From: Verrucomicrobiota bacterium
GTDB lineage: Bacteria; Verrucomicrobiota; Verrucomicrobiia; Palsa-1439
Direction: 5' to 3'
DNA length: 58,184 nucleotides
Assembly: GCA_037146675.1 (NCBI GenBank)
Contig: JBAWWR010000002.1
Coordinates: 1-58,184, forward strand
The notes beneath the pieces were generated by a model. It was not told the DNA's origin and searched no databases. It saw only the letters and a program-made list of their open reading frames with translations. The position numbers and the translations under genes were made by a program. Shown here piece after piece: positions 36,090 to 42,698 of the stretch (the first letter of the stretch is position 1; each line of letters starts with the position of its first letter).

Positions 36090-37259
36090 GTGCGGTTGCA
36101 AACGCCAAACGAGCAATCAGTGAGCGCGAAAGGTTCGCCCGCCACTGTGGTGGCTAACGAACAGCAGAGCGTTGCTGATAGATTTCACAGCTTGCTGGAG
36201 TCGGCGCCGGACGCGATGGTGATTGTCGATCAGCAAGGGCGGATGATGTTGGTCAATGCACAGACAGAACAGTTGTTCGGCTACGGCCGCGCCGAACTGC
36301 TTGGGCAGCCGGTTGAGATGCTCCTCCCGGAGCGTTTCCACGCCGGTCATCCCGCCCGGCGCGCAGCGTACTACGCTAATCCGGGGACGCGGCCGATGGG
36401 TGGCAAGGGTGAGTTTTTTGCGCGGCGCAAAGACGGCTCTGAGTTGCCGGTGGATATCAGTCTCAGCCCGTTGCGCACGGCGGAAGGCTTGCTGGTGATT
36501 AGCGCAATTCGCGACGCGACTGAACGTAAGCGCGTCGAGCGGGCGCTTCGGCACGCCAAGGACGACGCCGATGCGGCCAATAAAGAGCTGGAGGCCTTTT
36601 GCTATTCAGTCGCGCACGATCTCCGAGCGCCGCTCCGGGCCGCCGATGGATTTAGTCGGATTCTACTCGATAACCAGAGCGCCAAGCTCGATGCGGTGGA
36701 CCGGGATTATTTGCAACGGATTCGCAACGCCAGCCAGCAAATGGGCCGGCTGATTGACGACCTCCTGAAACTCTCGCGCACCACGCGCGGGGAACTCGTC
36801 CGGGAAGAGACCAATCTCAGCCAGTTGGCGCGCGCGATTGTGACCGGGTTGCAGGAGTTGCAGCCGGACCGCGTCGTCGACTGGCGCATCGCGGATGGCC
36901 TGACCGCCAAAGTCGATCCGCGCCTCTTGCGCGTGGCGCTGGAAAACCTGTTCAGCAACGCGTGGAAGTTCACCGCCAAACACCCGCGCGCCGGCATCGA
37001 ATTTGGCGCGGTACAGCAAAACAACGAGCGCGTCTTTTATGTGCGGGACGACGGGGCTGGGTTTGATATGACCTATATCAAAAAAATGTTTGGCGCCTTC
37101 CAGCGGTTTCATTCGCCCCGCGAGTTCGAAGGGACCGGCATCGGGCTGGCGACTGTCCAGCGCATCATTCGCCGGCACGGTGGGCGCATCTGGGCGGAAG
37201 GCGCGGTCGAGGCCGGGGCGACGTTTTATTTCACGCTGGCTGGAGAACCGGGGCCATGA
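36090..37259 (+). CDS. PAS / HisKA / HATPase histidine kinase (soluble)
   Basis: GTG start preceded by GGAG. Contains a PAS domain (PDAMVIVDQQGRMMLVN), the H-box FCYSVAHDLRAPLRA, the N-box NAWKF, and G-boxes DDGAGF and GTGIGLA. Confidence 0.85.
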   Translation: MRLQTPNEQSVSAKGSPATVVANEQQSVADRFHSLLESAPDAMVIVDQQGRMMLVNAQTEQLFGYGRAELLGQPVEMLLPERFHAGHPARRAAYYANPGTRPMGGKGEFFARRKDGSELPVDISLSPLRTAEGLLVISAIRDATERKRVERALRHAKDDADAANKELEAFCYSVAHDLRAPLRAADGFSRILLDNQSAKLDAVDRDYLQRIRNASQQMGRLIDDLLKLSRTTRGELVREETNLSQLARAIVTGLQELQPDRVVDWRIADGLTAKVDPRLLRVALENLFSNAWKFTAKHPRAGIEFGAVQQNNERVFYVRDDGAGFDMTYIKKMFGAFQRFHSPREFEGTGIGLATVQRIIRRHGGRIWAEGAVEAGATFYFTLAGEPGP

Positions 37260-37283
37260 GTGCAATTCATTGGAGGAAGAATT

Positions 37284-38441
37284 ATGAATAAGCCAATCCG
37301 TGTTTTAATCGTGGAGGACTCCGAGGACGATACGCTGCTGTTGCTCCACGAATTGCGCCGGGCCGGTTACGATCCCATCTACCGGCGGGTGGAGACGGCC
37401 GGTGACATGGTTGCCGCGTTGGAGCACGAGCCGTGGGACATTGTCACTGCGGACCATACGATGCCGCATTTCAATTCCACCGAAGCGTTGCAGATTCTCC
37501 AGAAATGGAATCGCGACATCCCGTTCATCGTCGTCTCCGGGACCATTGGCGAAGACGCGGCCGTGGCGGCGATGAAGGCCGGCGCGCAAGATTACCTGAT
37601 CAAAGGCAACCTGGCGCGGTTCGTGCCGGCAGTCGAACGCGAAATCGTCGACGCGGGGCATCGCCGGCGGCAGCGCGAGCTCGAATGGAAGTTGCTCGCC
37701 CAACACGAACAGCTGCACATCGCCCGTGAAATCCAGCAGCGTTTGTTTCCGCCGTCTGAGCTGCGGCTGGAGAACTTTGAAATCGCCGGCATGTCGATCC
37801 CGGCTGATGAGACCGGCGGCGATTACTTCGATTACATCCCGATGCCGGAAAAACATCACGGCGTCGTCATTGGCGACATTACCGGGCACGGCCTTGGGGC
37901 GGCGCTCTTGATGGCCGAGGTGCACGTCTGTTTCCGGACGCTGGCGGAGCACTGCATCGATGCCAGTGAGATTTTTCAGCGCGCTAACCAACTGACGAAA
38001 GAGGATTTCGGCAACTATCGTTTTCTGACGGTCTTGTTCGCGTGCCTGCATCCGCCGACGCGGTCACTGGTTTACCTCAACGCCGGGCATCCGACCGGCT
38101 ACGTGTTGAACCGGGACGGCACTGTCCGCGTCGAGTTGAAAAGCTCCGATATGCCCTTGGGTGTCCATCCGCTCGCGAACTTCGCACCGACCCGGTCCGT
38201 GCAGTTGAAAACGGACGATGTGGTGGTGTTGTTGACGGATGGCGTCCTGAGCGCCTTCGTCACGCCGGACGATCCAACCGGGGACCGGCAGGCGCTCTCC
38301 ATTGTGCGCCGGCATCGCGACCAATCGGCGATCCAGATCGTGGAGGAGCTCTGCGGCAGCGCGCACGCGGCCGACACCTCCAGCGTCGAGGAGCAGGACG
38401 ACATCACGGCGGTGGTGCTCAAGGTCAAAGCGGCGGCCTGA
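37284..38441 (+). CDS. response regulator with PP2C/SpoIIE-type Ser/Thr phosphatase output (RsbU/RsbY-like)
   Basis: A REC domain (VLIVEDSEDD, IVTADHTMP, YLIKG) followed by PP2C motifs GGDYFDY, VIGDITGHGLGAALLM, LLTDGV and QDDITAVVLKV. ATG at 37284 follows GGAGGAAG. Confidence 0.85.
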   Translation: MNKPIRVLIVEDSEDDTLLLLHELRRAGYDPIYRRVETAGDMVAALEHEPWDIVTADHTMPHFNSTEALQILQKWNRDIPFIVVSGTIGEDAAVAAMKAGAQDYLIKGNLARFVPAVEREIVDAGHRRRQRELEWKLLAQHEQLHIAREIQQRLFPPSELRLENFEIAGMSIPADETGGDYFDYIPMPEKHHGVVIGDITGHGLGAALLMAEVHVCFRTLAEHCIDASEIFQRANQLTKEDFGNYRFLTVLFACLHPPTRSLVYLNAGHPTGYVLNRDGTVRVELKSSDMPLGVHPLANFAPTRSVQLKTDDVVVLLTDGVLSAFVTPDDPTGDRQALSIVRRHRDQSAIQIVEELCGSAHAADTSSVEEQDDITAVVLKVKAAA

Positions 38442-38468
38442 GCCGGCCGCGCCGTATCCGTGTTTCGA

Positions 38469-38499
38469 CCTACAAGATTATCAGGGTGCAGTCCGATTG
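38469..38499 (+). promoter_or_regulatory. bipartite motif copy e: CCTACA-N16-GTCCGATTG upstream of the REC-kinase pair
   Basis: Reads CCTACAagattatcagggtgcaGTCCGATTG and ends 225 nt before ATG 38724. Confidence 0.4.
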
Positions 38500-38723
38500 T
38501 GTTTGGTTTGGTTCGGCCTATGTTACCGGTAGATGAATGCAACCCGGAACATAGCCCCGCGAGTGGGCAGTGATGGTTCGGCGATTCCGTGGTTGAGCCG
38601 GGCGGGTGGCCGCAACACGAACGGTCGGCGTTGGCTGCGGGCCGGCACCGGTCACGGGTTGGAGGTCGAATCTGAACCGGGTCAGGGCCACTGCTGGCCG
38701 CAGTTACCCACAGGCGAGGTGTT

Positions 38724-39176
38724 ATGAACAACGATTGCATTCTCTACGCAGAAGACGATCCCAACGACGCGTTCTTTCTTCAGCACGCGTTCGATGAAGT
38801 GGGTATCCACAACCCACTGCAGATCGTCAAGGATGGGCAAGAGGCGATTGATTACCTCGCAGGGGTGGGGTTGTTTACCGACCGGCGCCGGTATCCGCCG
38901 CCTTGCCTCATCCTGCTCGATTTGAAGATGCCGCGCAAAAGCGGGATCGAAGTGCTGGCGTGGATCCGGGCGCAGCCGGCGATGTGTTGCGTGCCGGTCC
39001 TTGTTTTATCGGCCTCCTGCCTCGCGAGCGATTTGGAGAAAGCCAGTCTCCTCGGTGCCAATTCTTACATCATCAAACCCTTCTCGCTTGAGGAACGGGT
39101 TGAGTTCGCGCAGGCAATCCGGTCGTTCTGGCTCCACTTCCATTATCGTCCCGACCTCACCACGCTCGGAAAATAA
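38724..39176 (+). CDS. stand-alone receiver domain protein (Rcp/CheY-like)
   Basis: Contains ILYAEDDPNDAFF, LILLDLKMPRKSG, VLVLSAS and YIIKPF. Confidence 0.85.
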   Translation: MNNDCILYAEDDPNDAFFLQHAFDEVGIHNPLQIVKDGQEAIDYLAGVGLFTDRRRYPPPCLILLDLKMPRKSGIEVLAWIRAQPAMCCVPVLVLSASCLASDLEKASLLGANSYIIKPFSLEERVEFAQAIRSFWLHFHYRPDLTTLGK

Positions 39177-39209
39177 ACTGCACCCAACCAGTTCTAAAGA
39201 GAGACCACG

Positions 39210-40760
39210 ATGGCGCTGAAAAAACTGTTCCGGATTCTGTTGCAAGTCCAAGTCGTGTTAGCGCTGGTCGTGGTGCTGCTGATTGCCGCTATGTTCGCGA
39301 ACCAGAGAAGACTCAATCAGAGCCGGGAGCGGCAATTTCAAGCGGATGATCTGGCCGATGAACTGCGGCATAGTTCGGACGATCTCACGCGGATGACGCG
39401 CAGCTACGTGGTGACCGGCAATCCGGAATTTGAACGCCAATATTGGGCCGTCTTGGGTATTCGCGACGGCAAGCTCCCGCGCCCGGTGGCGTACGACCAG
39501 ATTTATTGGGAATTCGTTTCCGCCACCGGACAGAAGCCGTGTCCCGATGGTCCGCCCATTGCGTTCCGCGAGTTGCTGATTAAAAACGGCGTTACCGCCG
39601 CGGAGTTTCAAAAACTGGACGAGGCACAGCAATATTCGGATGCGCTCGTGACCACCGAACGGATTGCTATGAACGCGGTCAAAGGACTGTTTGCGGATGC
39701 CGCCGGTAACTTCACGGTGCAGAAAGAACCGGACCGCGCGTGGGCGTTGCAGTTGCTGTTTGATGAAGCTTACCACCAAACCAAAGCCAAGATCATGCGG
39801 CCGATTGCTGAATTCGATGTCCTGCTTGAGGCGCGGACTGCCGGGGTGGCCGCCCTCTATCGCCAGCGCGCAGTGTATTTACTCAGCGCTGCGAGCGCGC
39901 TCATCTGCCTCCTCTTGGCCATCTTCGGATTGTCATTTGTACTCGTCGAGCGCCAGATTGACTGCCGCGAGCGCGCCGAGGAGGCGCGGCGCACAAGTGA
40001 GGAGCGGCTCGCTGAGGCCAACGCCACATTGGAGCGCGCTGTCCAGCAGCGCACCGCCACGCTCAATGATCTGGTCAATGATCTGGAACATTTCTCCTAC
40101 AGCATCGTCCACGAAATGCGCGCGCCGTTGCGTGCGATGCGGGGGTTTGCGGAGTTGGTGCTGGCGCAATTCGGCGCCAATCCGCAGCTGGACCGCGATT
40201 ACCTGAAACGCATTGTCGATTCGGCCAAGCAGATGGACGACTTGATCAAGGACACGCTCATTTACTCGGGGACGCTGCGCGCCGAAATGCCGCTGGGGCC
40301 GGTGGAGCCGGCGGCGCTGCTGCAGGAGATGGTCGCGACGTATCCCAAGTTTCGAGCCGCGGTAGCCGACATCAGTATTGACGGCCCGCTACCACCGGTG
40401 CTGGCCAATCGCGCCGGCTTGGCGCGGTGTTTTTCCAACCTGCTTCGCAACGCCATTCAATTCACGCCGGCTGGCGTGCGGCCGCAGGTGCGGATTTCGG
40501 CGGAGACGCGCGGTGACTGGGTGCGGCTCTGGATCGCGGACAATGGCATCGGCATCGCGCCGGAGTTTCAGACGCGTATGTTTCAGGTATTCGAGCGCAC
40601 CAGTCGTGACGCTGCCGGGACCGGGATCGGCTTGGCGTTGGTGCACAAGATAGTCGCGCACATGCACGGGCGGGTCGGCGTGGAAAGTGAACTGGGCCAC
40701 GGCAGCCGGTTTTGGATTGAATTGCCACCGGCCGCCGCGCCGGCAGCGGCCGGTGGGTAG
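39210..40760 (+). CDS. membrane histidine kinase with a periplasmic CHASE3-like sensor
   Basis: Two transmembrane helices flank a roughly 180-aa extracytoplasmic region (RSYVVTGNPEFERQYW is a CHASE3-like phrase). The H-box is FSYSIVHEMRAPLRAM, and the HATPase has ADNGIGI and GTGIGLA. Confidence 0.85.
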   Translation: MALKKLFRILLQVQVVLALVVVLLIAAMFANQRRLNQSRERQFQADDLADELRHSSDDLTRMTRSYVVTGNPEFERQYWAVLGIRDGKLPRPVAYDQIYWEFVSATGQKPCPDGPPIAFRELLIKNGVTAAEFQKLDEAQQYSDALVTTERIAMNAVKGLFADAAGNFTVQKEPDRAWALQLLFDEAYHQTKAKIMRPIAEFDVLLEARTAGVAALYRQRAVYLLSAASALICLLLAIFGLSFVLVERQIDCRERAEEARRTSEERLAEANATLERAVQQRTATLNDLVNDLEHFSYSIVHEMRAPLRAMRGFAELVLAQFGANPQLDRDYLKRIVDSAKQMDDLIKDTLIYSGTLRAEMPLGPVEPAALLQEMVATYPKFRAAVADISIDGPLPPVLANRAGLARCFSNLLRNAIQFTPAGVRPQVRISAETRGDWVRLWIADNGIGIAPEFQTRMFQVFERTSRDAAGTGIGLALVHKIVAHMHGRVGVESELGHGSRFWIELPPAAAPAAAGG

Positions 40761-40768
40761 GATTAAGT

Positions 40769-40799
40769 CCTAGGTAACTTTCAGACTCGCGTCCGATTG
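40769..40799 (+). promoter_or_regulatory. bipartite motif copy b: CCTAGG-N16-GTCCGATTG upstream of the DUF2934 gene
   Basis: Reads CCTAGGtaactttcagactcgcGTCCGATTG. It starts 9 nt after the kinase stop and ends 52 nt before ATG 40851. Confidence 0.45.
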
Positions 40800-40850
40800 C
40801 GCACCTCGCAAGTCAGTGCGATTGTGTTGTGTACCAGTAGGAAGAACACT

Positions 40851-41099
40851 ATGAAAGATAAGCGCGCAACTCAGATTCATCCGATTGAAGAGCAAATTCA
40901 GCAACGGGCGTACGAGTTGTACCTGAAACGTGGCTGTCAGCCCGGCAAGGCCATCGACGATTGGCTGCAAGCCGAGTACGAACTGCGGCAGCTGCCCATC
41001 GCCAAGCTGGCCGCGCTCAAGCCGGTGAGCTACTCCACCAGTCGCGGCCTGCAAGCGAGCGCCTTGCTCGCGTTGGTGCAAGCCGCCATGCTGGTGTGA
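40851..41099 (+). CDS. DUF2934-family small protein
   Basis: MKDKRATQIHPIEEQIQQRAYELYLKRGCQPGKAIDDWLQAEYEL matches the DUF2934 RAYELY..RG...G...DW..AE pattern. The RBS is GTAGGAAG. The track start at 40797 is an upstream in-frame alternative. Confidence 0.7.
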   Translation: MKDKRATQIHPIEEQIQQRAYELYLKRGCQPGKAIDDWLQAEYELRQLPIAKLAALKPVSYSTSRGLQASALLALVQAAMLV

Positions 41100-41147
41100 C
41101 CGCCGGCGGTAACGCCCGGTCACTGTTGATTCCCACCTCGTTTACCA

Positions 41148-41175
41148 GCCGGCACTGATCTTCTGCCGGCTTTCC
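41148..41175 (+). terminator. candidate intrinsic terminator after the DUF2934 gene
   Basis: GCCGGCA-ctgatcttc-TGCCGGC (7-bp stem) followed by TTTCC. The U-tract is short. Confidence 0.4.
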
Positions 41176-41212
41176 GCCATCAGACTTTGTTGTATGAAAG
41201 TTTCAACGTGTC

Positions 41213-41221
41213 GTCCGATTG
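41213..41221 (+). promoter_or_regulatory. GTCCGATTG box copy d (upstream hexamer position not conserved: TGTATG)
   Basis: Exact 9-mer, 144 nt upstream of the REC gene ATG at 41365. The AT-rich patch (aaagttt) sits at the same relative position as in the other copies. Confidence 0.35.
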
Positions 41222-41364
41222 CGCGGTGGCGCCGGCGCTCGTACTGTTCCGGTAATGAGTCAGCGCCGGCTAATTCACAAAGCTGAATCCTGCCACTACT
41301 TGTCGGGCGGATATCTGCCGTTAGCGGCGCTGGCTCACTCCGCGAACCAGGAAAGAAATTTGCC

Positions 41365-41799
41365 ATGCAAAACTTGAGCACTCAAACGCAGCCAGTCGGA
41401 TGCACCGTGCTGGCGATTGATGACGATGCACTGGTGTTGGCGCTGATGCACGCGGTGCTGGGCGCGGCGGGCTTCAACGTCTTGACCGCCCGCAGCGGCG
41501 CGCAGGGATTGGAGTTGTTGCGCCGGGCGGCCACCGGAGTGCAGGTGGTGTTACTGGATTATCAGATGCCGGTCAGCAACGGCGCGGAGTTGTTGCCGGC
41601 GGTGCGCCGCTTGGCACCGGCGGCGAAGGTGCTGGGCGTTTCGGGTACCAATCTCGACCAGCTCGCGCCGGCGTATCGCACGGGCGTGGATCAACTGCTG
41701 AGCAAACCGTTCACCAATGCCAAGCTGGTGGCCGCAGTGTCGGCGCTGTTGCCGGTAAACACGGCGGCAGTCCGTCCCGCACTAGGACTTTTTACCTAG
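41365..41799 (+). CDS. stand-alone receiver (REC) response regulator, paralogue of 16987-17547
   Basis: Contains VLAIDDDALVL, VVLLDYQMP and LLSKPF. The block LAPAAKVLGVSG is identical to the paralogue. Confidence 0.85.
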   Translation: MQNLSTQTQPVGCTVLAIDDDALVLALMHAVLGAAGFNVLTARSGAQGLELLRRAATGVQVVLLDYQMPVSNGAELLPAVRRLAPAAKVLGVSGTNLDQLAPAYRTGVDQLLSKPFTNAKLVAAVSALLPVNTAAVRPALGLFT

Positions 41800-41825
41800 G
41801 TATAAAACAGACCGTAGTCCGATTG
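41795..41825 (+). promoter_or_regulatory. bipartite motif copy c: CCTAGG-N16-GTCCGATTG upstream of the structured leader and 60-aa ORF
   Basis: Reads CCTAGGtataaaacagaccgtaGTCCGATTG. The hexamer contains the TAG stop of the preceding REC gene. Confidence 0.45.
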
Positions 41826-41882
41826 CGCCACTGCCGGCAATCAAGCATATGTAGCTCAGTAGACGCTGTACCGTTCTTTCTG

Positions 41883-42031
41883 AGCCATTCGTGAGGGGGA
41901 TGCTGGGCGTGGTTGTGGGTTTGTAAGGTAACAAAGACTGTTACGCTCCAGCCTGATGGCGTAGCAGCACCCCATAGTTGTTGCACTTGCGGGTTCGCTG
42001 CCGCGCTGCAGCGTCCCCCTCGCGAATGGCT
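41883..42031 (+). ncRNA. long-helix structured RNA element (5' leader or independent RNA), family unknown
   Basis: 41883-41905 (agccattcgtgagggggatgctg) pairs with 42009-42031 (cagcgtccccctcgcgaatggct), giving 21 Watson-Crick pairs plus 2 G:U pairs. The wobbles are valid only in a + strand transcript. After a 1-nt bulge (42008) the helix extends about 8 more pairs (41906-41913 with 42000-42007), again using + strand-only G:U pairs. Confidence 0.4.
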
Positions 42032-42070
42032 GAGTGATAAGTAACCGGCCGGCAGAAAAGCGAGGAAACT

Positions 42071-42253
42071 ATGAAACATCTTAAACAGCATGCACTGACC
42101 CTTGGTGATGCGATTGCAACTGTTGCGCGGTATGCGCGTGACGATCACGAAGTTGCTGTGGTGGTGGCTGATTTCATCCGGCGGGGAATTATTCGGTTCC
42201 CGATCCGCCGGCACCACAACGCGCACCACAATATCACACGCCGAGCCGCCTGA
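42071..42253 (+). CDS. hypothetical 60-aa protein
   Basis: Good RBS (GCGAGGAAACT-ATG). The sequence is MKHLKQHALTLGDAIATVARYARDDHEVAVVVADFIRRGIIRFPIRRHHNAHHNITRRAA. It is bracketed by motif copy c and a terminator. I recognise no family. Confidence 0.4.
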   Translation: MKHLKQHALTLGDAIATVARYARDDHEVAVVVADFIRRGIIRFPIRRHHNAHHNITRRAA

Positions 42254-42375
42254 AGCACGCGCCGTCCGCCGCCGTGGCCGTCAGACCTGAGCGCTAGGTT
42301 GAGCGCAGCAGTTGGAATGTAAATCTGTCACGACTCCCACCGTTAGCCGAACCCGCCCGAATCCCGTCCGCAACA

Positions 42376-42410
42376 GCACCGCCAGCGTGTGCCGGCGGCG
42401 CTTTGTTTTT
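42376..42410 (+). terminator. candidate intrinsic terminator of the small transcription unit
   Basis: GCACCGCC-agcgtgtgcc-GGCGGCGC (8-bp stem, one mismatch) followed directly by TTTGTTTTT. Confidence 0.5.
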
Positions 42411-42698
42411 GTGCCAGTCGGTTAGTTGTAGGGACTGAGTATTACGGACAGTGAGACGAGCGTCTGAAGAAAGAATGAGAACCAAGCCCGATGGTTTATC
42501 GCGGCAGCGTGGCGTATTGGAAACAGCACGGGGCAATGAGTGAGCGCGGGCTCCGTAAATCGCAGTGCTGACAGTCGAACAACCTAAGGAAACGCGAGCC
42601 GGTGACTGGTTTTGGGAAGGCACCGGAATGGCGGCAGCGTGTCGGAATTCGGCGGAGAAATTTTTAGGTCGTACAGCCTAGGCAACCAAAGCAACGAG

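Noticed and set aside
41827-41833. GCCACTG 'B12 box'-like heptamer suggesting a cobalamin riboswitch.
   Set aside because: It is an isolated heptamer. None of the other conserved cobalamin-riboswitch helices or junction sequences is present, and the downstream gene is unrelated to cobalamin.
41792-42623. Minus-strand ORFs 41792-42229 (145 aa) and 42294-42623 (109 aa) as real genes filling the gap before wzx.
   Set aside because: Their composition is junk-like and they match no motifs. They run antisense to a + strand unit that has promoter-like, RBS and terminator signals, and the G:U pattern of the long helix supports + strand transcription.
42617-42632. Sigma-54-type promoter (aGGCACcggaaTGGC) upstream of wzx.
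   Set aside because: The GG/GC spacing fits, but the -12 element is TGGC rather than TTGC and the -24 flank is imperfect. None of the regulators in the window has an AAA+ sigma-54 activator domain. It also overlaps the ops-like string and possibly coding sequence if the TTG at 42612 is used.
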